DNA of 64,000 nucleotides, taken from positions 81,186-145,185 of the forward strand of contig JAHYJW010000002.1 of NCBI GenBank assembly GCA_019428815.1. The letters run 5' to 3'. The stretch's first letter is position 1. Each line of letters starts with the position of its first letter. This DNA is from Patescibacteria group bacterium (lineage in GTDB: Archaea; Nanobdellota; Nanobdellia; Pacearchaeales; GW2011-AR1). Both the position numbers and the translations under genes were made by a program. Below, piece after piece: positions 54,496 through 64,000 of this stretch. The notes below the pieces were generated by a model. The model was not told the DNA's origin, did not search any database, and saw only the letters and a list, made by a program, of their open reading frames with translations.

Positions 54496-57400
54496 ATGGT
54501 AGAAAAAAAAGATACAATAACTGTTAACTTAGAGATATTCAGTAACCTAAAAAATTATTTTTTGAAAAATAACTTTGTTTTAACCTTTAGTATCCTTGCC
54601 TTTTTATCTGTTCTTATAGGAATCTTAAAATTGTTTGAAGTCCCTTTAGGAATTCCTTTTTTAGAGCAACTAATCGGGCTTTTTTCTGGGGGATTTTGGT
54701 TTTTCTTTAGTACTATGTCAGCTCTATCGGGCATATTGGCTTATCACAAAAAATTTAAATTGATGTTTATTCCCATATTAATCTGGCTTTTGATTATAAC
54801 TGTTTATGTTAGAACTTCAAATATCCCTCTTCTCATAAATGCGGCAACAGGAGAACCTGTATTAGGCCCAGATTTAGACCCTTTTTTATACCTTAGGCAT
54901 GCGGAGGATATCATTAATGGAGAAAATCTAGGAGATATAGACTATATGAGATATGCCCCCATTGGTGCTCCGAGTTACCTTAAAAGAAGTCTAATGCCTT
55001 GGACGATTGTAGGAATTTACTATGTTATAAATATTTTTGGGGAGTATTCAGTTACACAGGCAGCTATAATAACTCCTGTTATCCTATTCATTCTTTCTTT
55101 AATAGGATTTTTCTTTTTTACATATGTTTTATTTTCCTTTAAACTTTCTGAAAAAAAATCTTTAACAGGAGCAACAATAGCCAGTTTCTTTTATGCTTTT
55201 ATTCCTTCCATGTTGCATAGAACAACTGCGGGAATTCCAGAAATAGAGAGCTTAGGGATGGTTTGGTTTTGGCTCGCTTTTTTGTTCTTTGCATTAGCTT
55301 GGAAACAAAAAGTTCCAGAAGAAAATAGAACTAAGAACAAAGTTAAGATAAAAATAATCATCTTAGGATTAATCTCTGGGTTATTTACAGGATTAATGTC
55401 TTGGTCTTGGGGAGGTTATACCTACATTTATATGGTTATTTCTTTAGCAACTTTTTTAGGGTTTTTATTTAATATTCAATTTAAGAAAAACTTGACAATA
55501 TTTAGTTCTTTCTTATTCTTAGGGGTTTTGGGAGAATTCCTCAAATACAATGGTTTTTTTAGTATCAAAGAGTCTTTGATTATTATCGCAACAAGTTTTA
55601 ATGACACCGGATTTGCGTTGGGGGTTTTTTTGATCCTTATAGGAAACTTTATTCTCTTTTCAAGTAAAATAAAAGATACAAGGGGGATAAAAATCATCAA
55701 AAGAAAAATAAATCTTCCAGAAAATCTCTTGACTATCTTAATTTTATTCATTCTTCTCATTGTTTTTGTCTTAATTTCAAATCCAGGTGTTTTTTCTGAT
55801 TTCGTCTTGAATATTGCTGGGAGACTTTTACAACCTTTTGGTGAAAGTCGGATTGGCCTAACTGTTGCAGAGAATAGAGCCCCTTACTTCAACGAAATTT
55901 TAGGTAGTTTCGGGATTCTCATTTGGTTATTCTTAATAGGTCTGATTTTAATTTTTTATGAAACAATAAAGAATTTTGATTTAAAAAAAAGATTAATGTT
56001 ACTTTCCTCTTTTATTTTGTTTTTATTTGCTATTACTTTTAGCCGAATATCTAATAATCACCTATTAGATGGGGAGAATTTAATATCTAAAATTTTGTTC
56101 TTTGGAGGATTTATTTTATTTGGGGGGGTTGCTTTATACACATATGTTCTGTCTTGGTTAGAAAAAAAATCAAAAAAAGATGATACGGCATTCAAAAAAT
56201 TTTCGGAAATAGATATCACTTATTTAATTTTTATTTCATTTGGATTTTGGGCCATCATTTCTATGAGGGGTGCAGTTAGATTGTTTTTTATAATCGGGCC
56301 CATGGTGATATTAATATCGGTTTATTTTTTTATTAAGATAATGGATTATAAAAAGACAAAAGAAGAATTATCTAAAATTTTTCTGGGGGTAACAATTTTT
56401 TTAAGCATTTTAATTTTAGGATTATCCTTCTTAACCTATGCAAATAGCACTATTTTAAGTGCATCAAATATGGTTCCAAGTGTATATAACCAACAATGGC
56501 ACAATGCTATGTACTGGGTTTCTGAAAATACCCCTGAAGGAGCAATTTTTACACACTGGTGGGATTATGGTTACTGGGTTCAAACTTTAGGAAAAAGACC
56601 AACTGTGAGTGATGGTCAACACATAACAAATTGGTGGGATCATACAGTAGGCAGGTATCTTTTAACATCCCCTACGCCAGAAACAGCCTTAAGTCTAATG
56701 AAGTCTCATAACGTTTCTTATCTTCTTATAGATTCAACAGACATAGGGAAATATGCTGCTTTTTCCACAATTGGATCAGATGATACAGGTAAAGACCGGA
56801 GATCTTGGATACCAATAATGCCCCTGGAACCAAGCCAAGTGTACGAAACAGGTAATAGTACAAAACTTTTGTTTATTGGGGGAACAGCCCTTGATGGGGA
56901 CATCATTTATAACCAAGAAGAAGGAAAACAGTTATTCTTACCCGAGAATAAAGCGGGATTAGGGGGCATTATTTTAGAATATTCCACAAAAGAAGAAAAA
57001 GTTTCCTTCTCACAACCAAAGGGGATTTTTGTTTATAACAATCAAAGATATGACTTACCTTTAAGATATCTTTATTATAACAACCAAATTATCGATTTCA
57101 ATTCAGGTGTAAATTCTATGATTAAAATCGTTCCAGGTCTTTCTCAAGATAACAAACAAGGTTTGAGTATAAGTCAGATGGGGGCGGTTATGTATTTATC
57201 TGAAAAAACAAAAGATTCTCTTCTTGTACAACTTTATTTATTAGATGATCCTGAAAATCTTTATCCCACATTAAAAATTGCGCATATTGAAGATGACTTT
57301 ATCATAAAAAACCTTAAACAACAGGGGATTGATTTAGGTTCTTTTGTTTACTACCAAGGGCTTAGGGGGCCTATAAAGATTTGGGAGGTTAATTTTCCGG

Positions 57401-57504
57401 GTAATATCCTTAAAAGAGAAGAATTCCTAGAATTTTTACCTGAAGGATTTAATCCTGTAACTGGTCCTTGGGCGACATTAGATAACCTAAGTTTTAGTGT
57501 TTAA
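54496..57504 (+). CDS. aglB: Archaeal oligosaccharyltransferase AglB (STT3 family)
   Basis: 1002 aa with 13 or more TM segments in the N half. Catalytic WWDYGYW motif, and a DK-type motif (LLIDSTDIGKYAAF) downstream. Confidence 0.9.
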   Translation: MVEKKDTITVNLEIFSNLKNYFLKNNFVLTFSILAFLSVLIGILKLFEVPLGIPFLEQLIGLFSGGFWFFFSTMSALSGILAYHKKFKLMFIPILIWLLIITVYVRTSNIPLLINAATGEPVLGPDLDPFLYLRHAEDIINGENLGDIDYMRYAPIGAPSYLKRSLMPWTIVGIYYVINIFGEYSVTQAAIITPVILFILSLIGFFFFTYVLFSFKLSEKKSLTGATIASFFYAFIPSMLHRTTAGIPEIESLGMVWFWLAFLFFALAWKQKVPEENRTKNKVKIKIIILGLISGLFTGLMSWSWGGYTYIYMVISLATFLGFLFNIQFKKNLTIFSSFLFLGVLGEFLKYNGFFSIKESLIIIATSFNDTGFALGVFLILIGNFILFSSKIKDTRGIKIIKRKINLPENLLTILILFILLIVFVLISNPGVFSDFVLNIAGRLLQPFGESRIGLTVAENRAPYFNEILGSFGILIWLFLIGLILIFYETIKNFDLKKRLMLLSSFILFLFAITFSRISNNHLLDGENLISKILFFGGFILFGGVALYTYVLSWLEKKSKKDDTAFKKFSEIDITYLIFISFGFWAIISMRGAVRLFFIIGPMVILISVYFFIKIMDYKKTKEELSKIFLGVTIFLSILILGLSFLTYANSTILSASNMVPSVYNQQWHNAMYWVSENTPEGAIFTHWWDYGYWVQTLGKRPTVSDGQHITNWWDHTVGRYLLTSPTPETALSLMKSHNVSYLLIDSTDIGKYAAFSTIGSDDTGKDRRSWIPIMPLEPSQVYETGNSTKLLFIGGTALDGDIIYNQEEGKQLFLPENKAGLGGIILEYSTKEEKVSFSQPKGIFVYNNQRYDLPLRYLYYNNQIIDFNSGVNSMIKIVPGLSQDNKQGLSISQMGAVMYLSEKTKDSLLVQLYLLDDPENLYPTLKIAHIEDDFIIKNLKQQGIDLGSFVYYQGLRGPIKIWEVNFPGNILKREEFLEFLPEGFNPVTGPWATLDNLSFSV

Positions 57505-57571
57505 ATAAACTATAATTAGAATCCTTTTTCACAATCTTTAAAATAGCTGCTTTTTTAGGAGATTTATAAAA

Positions 57572-58636
57572 ATGAAAATTGCTTTTGTTAACGATACCTT
57601 TTTAGAGGGCCGTGGGGCAGATGTAGTTATTTATGAATTAGCTAGAAGACTTGGAAAAAAACATAAGGTTTATGTTATTGCCTCAGAAGCTAACATTAAA
57701 GAAGAAAATTTTGAGATAATTTTAATAAAAGCAAAAAAACTTTTTACGGGAAATTCTTTAGAAAGTGCTATGAATTATTTTCCAAATTTAAGGAAATTTA
57801 AAAAAGAAATATTAAAAATTCAAAAAAAGTATCAAATTGAGGTTTTTAATGTCCATCATTCTGCTTTAAATAATGCATTAAAAGGTCTTCCTCGAATAGT
57901 TACTTGGCATGGAACACCCCCTTCAAGGAATAAGTTAAGAATTTTTTTTAATCGGTTTCTCCTAAGAAAATTAAAAAAGAATAAGATAACAATAACAATC
58001 TCTGACTATATGAAAAATGAACTTTCATTAGTAATTCCTGAAAAAAAGATAAAAAAAATTTATAATGGAATCAGTGAAGAATTTAAACCTAAAATAAAGG
58101 GATATGATAAAGGGTATATGTTGTATGTAGGAAGATTTGAACAACATAAAAGAGTTCAAGATTTGATAAAATTAAGTAAGGAGACTAATTTTCCTTTACA
58201 TTTATGTGGTTCGGGACCCCTTGAAAAAGAACTAAGAGAATATGCCCAAAATATTCAAGCAAAAAAAGTGATCTTCTTAGGGAAAGTCCCAAGAGAAGAT
58301 TTAATAAAACAATATCAGCAATGCAGTTTTTTTGTTTCGGGATCTATATGGGAAGGTTTTGGGTTAATTTTCATAGAAGCTGCTGCCTGCAAAAAGGCAG
58401 CTGTAGGGTATAAAAAAGGATCTATTCCCGAAGTGATCTCAAACAAAAAATCAGGTTTTGTAGTTAAAAATTTTAATGAATTTAAGAAAAAAGTAAAAGA
58501 TTTAATAAAAAACAAAAAATTAAGGTATGATATGGGGAAAAATGCTTTAAAATTTAGTAAAAATTTTGGATGGGATAAAGCAGCCGCGGAATATGAAATG
58601 ACATTTAGGGAGATTTTAAATGAAGAAACTTTTTGA
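57572..58636 (+). CDS. Glycosyltransferase, GT4 family (GT-B fold)
   Basis: FVSGSIWEGFGLIFIEAAACKKAAVG (E-x7-E region). Confidence 0.8.
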   Translation: MKIAFVNDTFLEGRGADVVIYELARRLGKKHKVYVIASEANIKEENFEIILIKAKKLFTGNSLESAMNYFPNLRKFKKEILKIQKKYQIEVFNVHHSALNNALKGLPRIVTWHGTPPSRNKLRIFFNRFLLRKLKKNKITITISDYMKNELSLVIPEKKIKKIYNGISEEFKPKIKGYDKGYMLYVGRFEQHKRVQDLIKLSKETNFPLHLCGSGPLEKELREYAQNIQAKKVIFLGKVPREDLIKQYQQCSFFVSGSIWEGFGLIFIEAAACKKAAVGYKKGSIPEVISNKKSGFVVKNFNEFKKKVKDLIKNKKLRYDMGKNALKFSKNFGWDKAAAEYEMTFREILNEETF

Positions 58637-59702
58637 AAGGTTTAAGATGAAAAAAATAAATGAAAAAAATAAGATACCCAAAATAGTCTCTATCAGTGTT
58701 AAAGGACCCTCTAGTTTTGGAGGATCGGAAATTGTTTGGAAAAATCTTCAAGAAAACGGTTTTTTGTTTAAGAATCTTTCTTTAGAAGAAAAAACACTAC
58801 CTAAATTGTTAAAAAAAGTCCCAAACGTATTTCATCTAAAAGAAATTTTTTCTTCTAATTACCTATTAAAACAGGCAGAGAAAGAATCTCCATTAGTAAT
58901 TATCTACGATAAGATATTTGGTTGGCCAAAAATAAAAACAATTGCTAAAAGAATTTGTTATAATCATGGGTCCTATACTCTAGCAGGTTTAACTTTTAGA
59001 AGTAAAAATTGGGGGGTGTATCTTTTCTATAAATTTATTATTTCTTACTTTGAGAAAAGATCTTATAAAAACGCAGATAAAATAATCGCTGTTTCAGATT
59101 CTGTAAAAAAAGAGATGGTTGAATACTTCAGAATTCCCCCCGAGAAGATATTTATTATAAAAAATGGGATAAATCTTAAAAAATTTTGCCCAATAAAAGA
59201 AAAAAAAGTTTTAAGAAAAAAATTGGGGTTACCTCTAAATAAAAAGGTAATTTTTTTCCCAGGAAGGGCTTCTTTTGGAAAAGGATTTGATATTGCTGAG
59301 AGAATTTTGGAAAAATTGGGGGAAGATTATTTTATGTTTGTTTTAGGAAAGGGAGACTCCTCATTAAAGAATATAAAATTTATTGGGGAAGTTGATAATG
59401 AAAAAATGCCGGAGGTTTATAATTGTGCAGACTGGTGCATCTTCCCTTCAAGATACGAGGGTAATTCTGTCTCAGTTATAGAATCTGCGAGTTGTGGGGT
59501 CCCCCTTTTGCTTTCTAAAGTGGGGGAAATGAAAAATAATAAATTAGTCCAAGAATTTGGTTGCGATTCTGTTGATGAGTATATTAAAAAAATAAAAACA
59601 ATGAATATAAAAAATTCTTCTGAGAAATGGAGGGTATTTTCAAAAGATTTTGATATACGAAAACAGATTAATAGATTAAAGGAGGTTTTAGAATATGGGT
59701 GA
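58620..59702 (+). CDS. Glycosyltransferase, GT4 family
   Basis: FPSRYEGNSVSVIESASCGVPLL. An alternative start at 58647 (MKKINEK) would remove the overlap with the upstream gene. Confidence 0.75.
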   Translation: MKKLFERFKMKKINEKNKIPKIVSISVKGPSSFGGSEIVWKNLQENGFLFKNLSLEEKTLPKLLKKVPNVFHLKEIFSSNYLLKQAEKESPLVIIYDKIFGWPKIKTIAKRICYNHGSYTLAGLTFRSKNWGVYLFYKFIISYFEKRSYKNADKIIAVSDSVKKEMVEYFRIPPEKIFIIKNGINLKKFCPIKEKKVLRKKLGLPLNKKVIFFPGRASFGKGFDIAERILEKLGEDYFMFVLGKGDSSLKNIKFIGEVDNEKMPEVYNCADWCIFPSRYEGNSVSVIESASCGVPLLLSKVGEMKNNKLVQEFGCDSVDEYIKKIKTMNIKNSSEKWRVFSKDFDIRKQINRLKEVLEYG

Positions 59703-60822
59703 TAAAAACCACATCCTCTTCTTTACAAATAAATGCCCCCATTATAGAGTCCCCTTATTTAATGAACTTGGGAAACGTGAAGAGATTAAGTTTTTTTTTA
59801 CTCACGAAGATAAATCTCCTAGGGGATTAAAGGTTAAATATTATATCCCCCAATCCCATTATTTACTCGGTATAAAGAAGCGCCATTTTAGGATAAGTTT
59901 AGAATTCTTAAAAGAGATAAAGCAAAATTATAACATTATCTTACTTCCTCCCCCAGACGGCCCCTTTGAATTATTAAACTTTTACTTATCCTTAAAAAAG
60001 GCTAAAAAAAAGGGCATAAAGAAGAGAATTTTATGGTGGAATCCTCCAAATTGGAAGGATGTCTTTATTAAAAATGTTTATTTTTATTTTAGAATGAGAA
60101 TACTTAAATTTTTGTTTAAAGATGTAACCCACTTTTTAACATATTCCAATTCAGGTTTAAAGGTTTTTAATGAAGTCTATGATATCCCCCGAAATAAGAT
60201 ATTTGTTGCACCCAATAGCCTAGATAATCTTGAGATAAAGAAAAATTCTGAAAAATTCGTTAAAAATGGGGAGACAAATAAACTAAAAGATAACTTAAAT
60301 TTAATTAACAAAAGAGTGATTGTGTTTATTGGGGGATTACACAAAAGAAAAAAAATAAAAGAATTATTAGAAGCTATTTCAAGATTAGGAAAAGAATATT
60401 TTTTGTTAATTATTGGGAAGGGACCTTATAAAAAAAATTTGAAAAAAAGGGTCAGAGAATTATGTTTACAGGATCAAGTAATTTTTTTGGGGGAAATTTT
60501 AAAAGATTCGGAAAAATACTTAAACCTTGCAGATATTGTTGTTCTCCCCGGATTGGGGGGTTTAGCGATTAATCATGCACTTGTATGTGGCAAACCTGTT
60601 ATTACTTCTTTAGCTGACGGAACATCCTTAGACTTAATAGAAGAAGGAAAGAATGGTTATATTTTAAAAGAAAATTCTTCTAAGGAAATTTATGAAAAGA
60701 TAAAAAAGACTTATGTTTTAATCAAAGAAAATAAAAACCTCAAGAAGAAGTGCCAATTATCGGTAACAAAAAAAACAGGTATAAACCTAATGATTAAAAT
60801 ATTTCAAAAGACATTCAAATGA
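59695..60822 (+). CDS. Glycosyltransferase, GT4-like
   Basis: VVLPGLGGLAINHALVCGKPVITS...LIEEGKNGYIL. GGAGGT upstream. Confidence 0.7.
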   Translation: MGDKNHILFFTNKCPHYRVPLFNELGKREEIKFFFTHEDKSPRGLKVKYYIPQSHYLLGIKKRHFRISLEFLKEIKQNYNIILLPPPDGPFELLNFYLSLKKAKKKGIKKRILWWNPPNWKDVFIKNVYFYFRMRILKFLFKDVTHFLTYSNSGLKVFNEVYDIPRNKIFVAPNSLDNLEIKKNSEKFVKNGETNKLKDNLNLINKRVIVFIGGLHKRKKIKELLEAISRLGKEYFLLIIGKGPYKKNLKKRVRELCLQDQVIFLGEILKDSEKYLNLADIVVLPGLGGLAINHALVCGKPVITSLADGTSLDLIEEGKNGYILKENSSKEIYEKIKKTYVLIKENKNLKKKCQLSVTKKTGINLMIKIFQKTFK

Positions 60823-61925
60823 AAATTATTAATGTTGTAGGCGCTAGGCCTAATTTCATAAAAATTGCTCCATTATTAGAGGAATATAAAAAATGGCCTA
60901 AAATAAAATCTCTTTTAGTACACACTGGACAACATTATGATTTTAATATGAGCCAAAGATTTTTTGATGAATTAAAAATTTCTAAACCAGATTATAACCT
61001 TGGAATTGGTTCGGGAAGCCATGCACAGCAAACGGCTAGGATAATGCTTTCTTTTGAAAAAGTTTGTATTAAAGAAAAACCAGATTTAGTTGTTGTTGTA
61101 GGAGATGTTAATTCTACGGTTGCATGTGCTTTAGTAGCAAAAAAGATGAATATAAATGTTGCACATGTAGAGGCTGGGCTTAGGAGTTTCGATGAATCAA
61201 TGCCTGAAGAAATAAACAGAATTTTAACAGACCATCTATCCGATTTTTTATTTGTAACTGAAGAATCTGGCAAGAAAAATCTCCAAAATGAAAATATCCC
61301 CCCCAAAAAAATATTCTTTGTGGGGAATATAATGATTGATTCTTTAGTTAAAAATTTGAGAGAGATAAATAATCGTAAAATAATTGAAAATCTTAATTTA
61401 AACAAAAAAGACTATCTTGTTATCACATTTCATAGACCTTCTAATGTGGAGAATAAAGAAATTCTTTCTAAACTTTTAGGGTATATAAAAGACCTTTCTA
61501 AAGACATGGTTATTGTTTTTCCAATTCACCCCAGAACAAAAAAGGCGTTAGAAGATTATAAACTAAAAGAAATAGGAGGGTATTTAAAAAATATTAAGGT
61601 AACAGAACCTTTAGGATACTTAGATTTTATCTCTCTTGTCAAAAATTCTAAAGGGGTTTTAACAGATTCGGGGGGGGTTCAAGAAGAAACAACCTTTTTG
61701 GGAGTCCCGTGTATAACCCTCCGAGAGAATACTGAAAGGCCAATAACGATTAAAAGAGGAACAAATCACCTAATCTCAAACATTCACGAAGAGGGGGTAT
61801 TAGAAAAAATAAAAAATTTGATTGAAAATTTTAAACCTAGAGTGAAGAACCCAGAAAAATGGGATGGGAAAACTGCTGAAAGAATTTTAAAAGTAATCGT
61901 TAAGAGTGCATCTGAAGAGTCTTAA
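60819..61925 (+). CDS. wecB: UDP-N-acetylglucosamine 2-epimerase (non-hydrolysing)
   Basis: MKIINVVGARPNFIKIAPL...HTGQHYD...DSGGVQEETTFLGVPCITLRENTERP. Confidence 0.9.
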   Translation: MKIINVVGARPNFIKIAPLLEEYKKWPKIKSLLVHTGQHYDFNMSQRFFDELKISKPDYNLGIGSGSHAQQTARIMLSFEKVCIKEKPDLVVVVGDVNSTVACALVAKKMNINVAHVEAGLRSFDESMPEEINRILTDHLSDFLFVTEESGKKNLQNENIPPKKIFFVGNIMIDSLVKNLREINNRKIIENLNLNKKDYLVITFHRPSNVENKEILSKLLGYIKDLSKDMVIVFPIHPRTKKALEDYKLKEIGGYLKNIKVTEPLGYLDFISLVKNSKGVLTDSGGVQEETTFLGVPCITLRENTERPITIKRGTNHLISNIHEEGVLEKIKNLIENFKPRVKNPEKWDGKTAERILKVIVKSASEES

Positions 61926-62715
61926 GATTAATCAAAAGATTAGGCCTTTTAAAAAATTCTTTTAACCTTGGGAGGGTATATGTTATATAAAAAGAATAAA
62001 ACAGCCCGTTGGTGTTTAAATTAAAAATCAATAAGAATAGGTTAAGAAAAAAGACAAGAAGGAGGGTTAAGGAATAGTAAATTTTTTTATTTTTAAAAAT
62101 TTTGAGATTATTTAAAAAATCTTTTTTCTTTGATTTCGTTTTTCTTATCGAATATCCCCAAATTTCTAGATAGTTATAACCCCAAAAAATAAATAAGATA
62201 GTTATAATTTCTATCAAGTTAAACCTAAAAAAAGAAAGAACCCAAAAAACTTTCCAAAGTCTTAATAAAACAAAAGTAATTGGTCTAAATTTTTCTTTTA
62301 GGTTGTTATGAGCAGAATAAAGAATAAAAAGAAGAAATAGTAGGGGGAAACCCAAATAATAAAATCTCGTTAGGTATAAAAAAAGGGAAATTAAACCAAA
62401 TCTAAAAAAGAGAATAAGATAATAATCTCTCTTTTTTAAGGTTTTTTTATGTTTTATTGTGGGATTTTTTTCTATTTTAATTGAAAAAAAATCGTTATAA
62501 ATATGGCCTAATTCATAAACAAAATTACAGGTGATAATAGAAAAGAAATAAATCAAAAGGGTATCCAGAAGAGTATCTTTTCTAAAGAAGAATAAATAAA
62601 AGGGGATAAAAGAAAAGATTAAAAAATAACCTGCAACTTTCTTTAAGGGAGACTTATTTTCTCTTACAAAAAAATCGTAATAAAACGGACAAAAAAATAG
62701 AAGTTTTTTATTCAT
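61900..62715 (-). CDS. Polytopic membrane protein of unknown function in the glycan cluster
   Basis: 271 aa, Phe/Leu/Tyr-rich with about 8 helices. No clean UbiA or peptidase motif. Its 3' end overlaps wecB convergently by 26 nt. Confidence 0.5.
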   Translation of the reverse strand: MNKKLLFFCPFYYDFFVRENKSPLKKVAGYFLIFSFIPFYLFFFRKDTLLDTLLIYFFSIITCNFVYELGHIYNDFFSIKIEKNPTIKHKKTLKKRDYYLILFFRFGLISLFLYLTRFYYLGFPLLFLLFILYSAHNNLKEKFRPITFVLLRLWKVFWVLSFFRFNLIEIITILFIFWGYNYLEIWGYSIRKTKSKKKDFLNNLKIFKNKKIYYSLTLLLVFFLNLFLLIFNLNTNGLFYSFYITYTLPRLKEFFKRPNLLINLKTLQMHS

Positions 62716-63305
62716 TTTATTTTTTTAATCTCACCCCTCGAAACTAAATAAACTTTTTTAGAGTATTTAAGTAAAGAAAAATCTTCCTTTAGATTATTCG
62801 TAAAAAAGATAAAATTTTTATTTAGGTTAGATTTTTCAAATAATCTAGCTTTATTTTCTAAATAATTGTCCCAAATTAAATTTCCTGTGCAAATTTTGGA
62901 TTTTTTAAATTCCAAAACAGATGAATAAATATCTTTTTTACTAAAGCCTAATAATTCTCCTATTTTTTTAGCGGGGTAATCTGGAGAAGCAGTAAAAAGA
63001 ACTTTTTTTTTATTTTTTAAAAATTTCTTTAGATTTTTAAATAAAGAAGGATAAAAAACCAAATTAAAGTATTCTTCAGACATTTTTTCTAGTTCCTCTC
63101 TATGGAAACCCCCATAAAAAAGTTTAATTCTTAATCTTCTAGATTTATAAGGATTTTTTTTAAAGATTATTGAAATAATTTTAGAGATTAATTTTCTCCA
63201 AAAAAAGAGCATTCTTTTATTTTTCTTAAAATAGACAAATCTTATAAAATCCCAAGTATTATTTAAAGGGGATAAGGTACCACATAAATCAAAAAGATAG
63301 GGCAT
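62712..63305 (-). CDS. HAD-superfamily-like protein with non-canonical motif I (DLCGT)
   Basis: MPYLFDLCGTLSP at the N-terminus and VLFTASPD (motif II-like). Motifs III and IV are unclear. Confidence 0.35.
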   Translation of the reverse strand: MPYLFDLCGTLSPLNNTWDFIRFVYFKKNKRMLFFWRKLISKIISIIFKKNPYKSRRLRIKLFYGGFHREELEKMSEEYFNLVFYPSLFKNLKKFLKNKKKVLFTASPDYPAKKIGELLGFSKKDIYSSVLEFKKSKICTGNLIWDNYLENKARLFEKSNLNKNFIFFTNNLKEDFSLLKYSKKVYLVSRGEIKKIK

Positions 63306-63365
63306 ATCTTTTGAAGTTATAAGAAGATTAAAAATCTTTTTATACTCTTTTTTTTAAGATTATAG

Positions 63366-64000
63366 ATGATAAATAAAATTAAGAGAAAAATAAAAACTTT
63401 TAGCATAGTTAAGAAATATGCTATTAGCTCTTCCTTAGAGATTATTATAGCTTACCTAAATAAAAGCAAAAAGATTAGACTAAAGGGTTTTTCTGTACCT
63501 TTATCTTGGAAAGATGCGAAAGATATTGCTTATGCTTACTATTTTGGGTGGGTAATTGAAGAAGGAAAAAGTTTTAAATATAAAAATAAAGGAGATGGGA
63601 GGATTTTAGAGATTCCTTTTGAAAAAAAGGATATTTTTTCAGAGGATTTTAACGAACTTTATGGAATCTTTGATTATAAAAATAAAAAAGTTTTAGACGT
63701 GGGCGCATATATTGGAGATACCGCATTATTTTTTCTTTCAAAGGGGGCGATTTATGTAGAAGCTTATGAACCTATAAAAGAAAATGTAGATTTAATTAAA
63801 AAAAATTTCAAAAAAGAGATAAAAGAAAAAAAATTAAAAATTTTGGATTATGCATTATATTCCAATGACGGGGAAAAAAATTTTTATGTGGATAAAAAGA
63901 GTATCGGACGAAAAAATTTTGGTATTATGGAAGGTAAAGAAAAGATTAGTATAAAGACTCTAGGTTGGGATTCTGTATTAAGAAGGGGGAACTATGATAT
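63366..64000 (+). CDS. FkbM-family-like SAM-dependent methyltransferase (3' end truncated by the window)
   Basis: ORF open from the ATG at 63366 to the window end. KVLDVGAYIGDTALFFLSKGA glycine-rich SAM-binding loop. Confidence 0.55.
   Translation, partial: MINKIKRKIKTFSIVKKYAISSSLEIIIAYLNKSKKIRLKGFSVPLSWKDAKDIAYAYYFGWVIEEGKSFKYKNKGDGRILEIPFEKKDIFSEDFNELYGIFDYKNKKVLDVGAYIGDTALFFLSKGAIYVEAYEPIKENVDLIKKNFKKEIKEKKLKILDYALYSNDGEKNFYVDKKSIGRKNFGIMEGKEKISIKTLGWDSVLRRGNYD

Noticed and set aside
61900-62715. Possibility that this polytopic protein is the missing prepilin peptidase or a UbiA prenyltransferase
   Set aside because: It has no GxGD/GxHyD-type aspartyl motif pair. The N-D-x-x-S...E stretch does not match the UbiA NxxxDxxxD motif. 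It is left as unknown.
1-64000. CRISPR arrays, rRNA genes, transposases/integrases, prophage, and stop-codon reassignment
   Set aside because: I saw no regularly spaced repeat array, no rRNA-like GC-rich block, and no recombinase motifs. All conserved genes are intact under the standard code, so no recoding is needed.

Overview
AT-rich (about 30% GC by eye), gene-dense archaeal window read with the standard genetic code. All calls come from motif and synteny recognition; no homology search was run. The organism looks like a small-genome DPANN-type archaeon (Pace-/Woesearchaeota-like). Evidence: archaea/eukaryote-specific ribosomal proteins (S4e, L32e, L19e, L37ae, L40e), an FtsZ+SepF divisome, AMP phosphorylase plus ribose-1,5-bisphosphate isomerase, and a short archaeosortase-like gene. 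The window has four blocks. (1) 1..19.7 kb is a cell-surface island. It holds a tandemly duplicated module of a class-III-signal (prepilin-like) protein plus a giant cysteine-rich secreted protein, present once fused and once split into two ORFs. Four more prepilin-like proteins follow, then a wHTH regulator, an S-layer-like protein with a long leader and a triple oligo-T terminator, and an archaeosortase-like gene beside a CARDB-like protein with a C-terminal anchor. (2) 20.5..36 kb holds housekeeping genes: sepF, pfdB, rpoP, L37ae, tRNA-Pro, L11, spt5, secE, ftsZ, FKBP, aIF5A, L40e, an S2P protease, L1-L10-L12, tRNA-Thr, tRNA-Ser, AMP phosphorylase and an AI-2E transporter. (3) 36.3..50.3 kb is the archaeal L3-to-SecY ribosomal superoperon, with a MazG-like gene inserted between L30 and L15. 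(4) 53.4..64 kb is an N-glycosylation island (AglH-like, AglB, three GT4s, WecB, an FkbM-like methyltransferase). The best candidate for an undescribed system is the pilin-like plus cysteine-rich giant protein locus at 1..11.8 kb. No CRISPR array, rRNA gene, integrase or transposase was seen.
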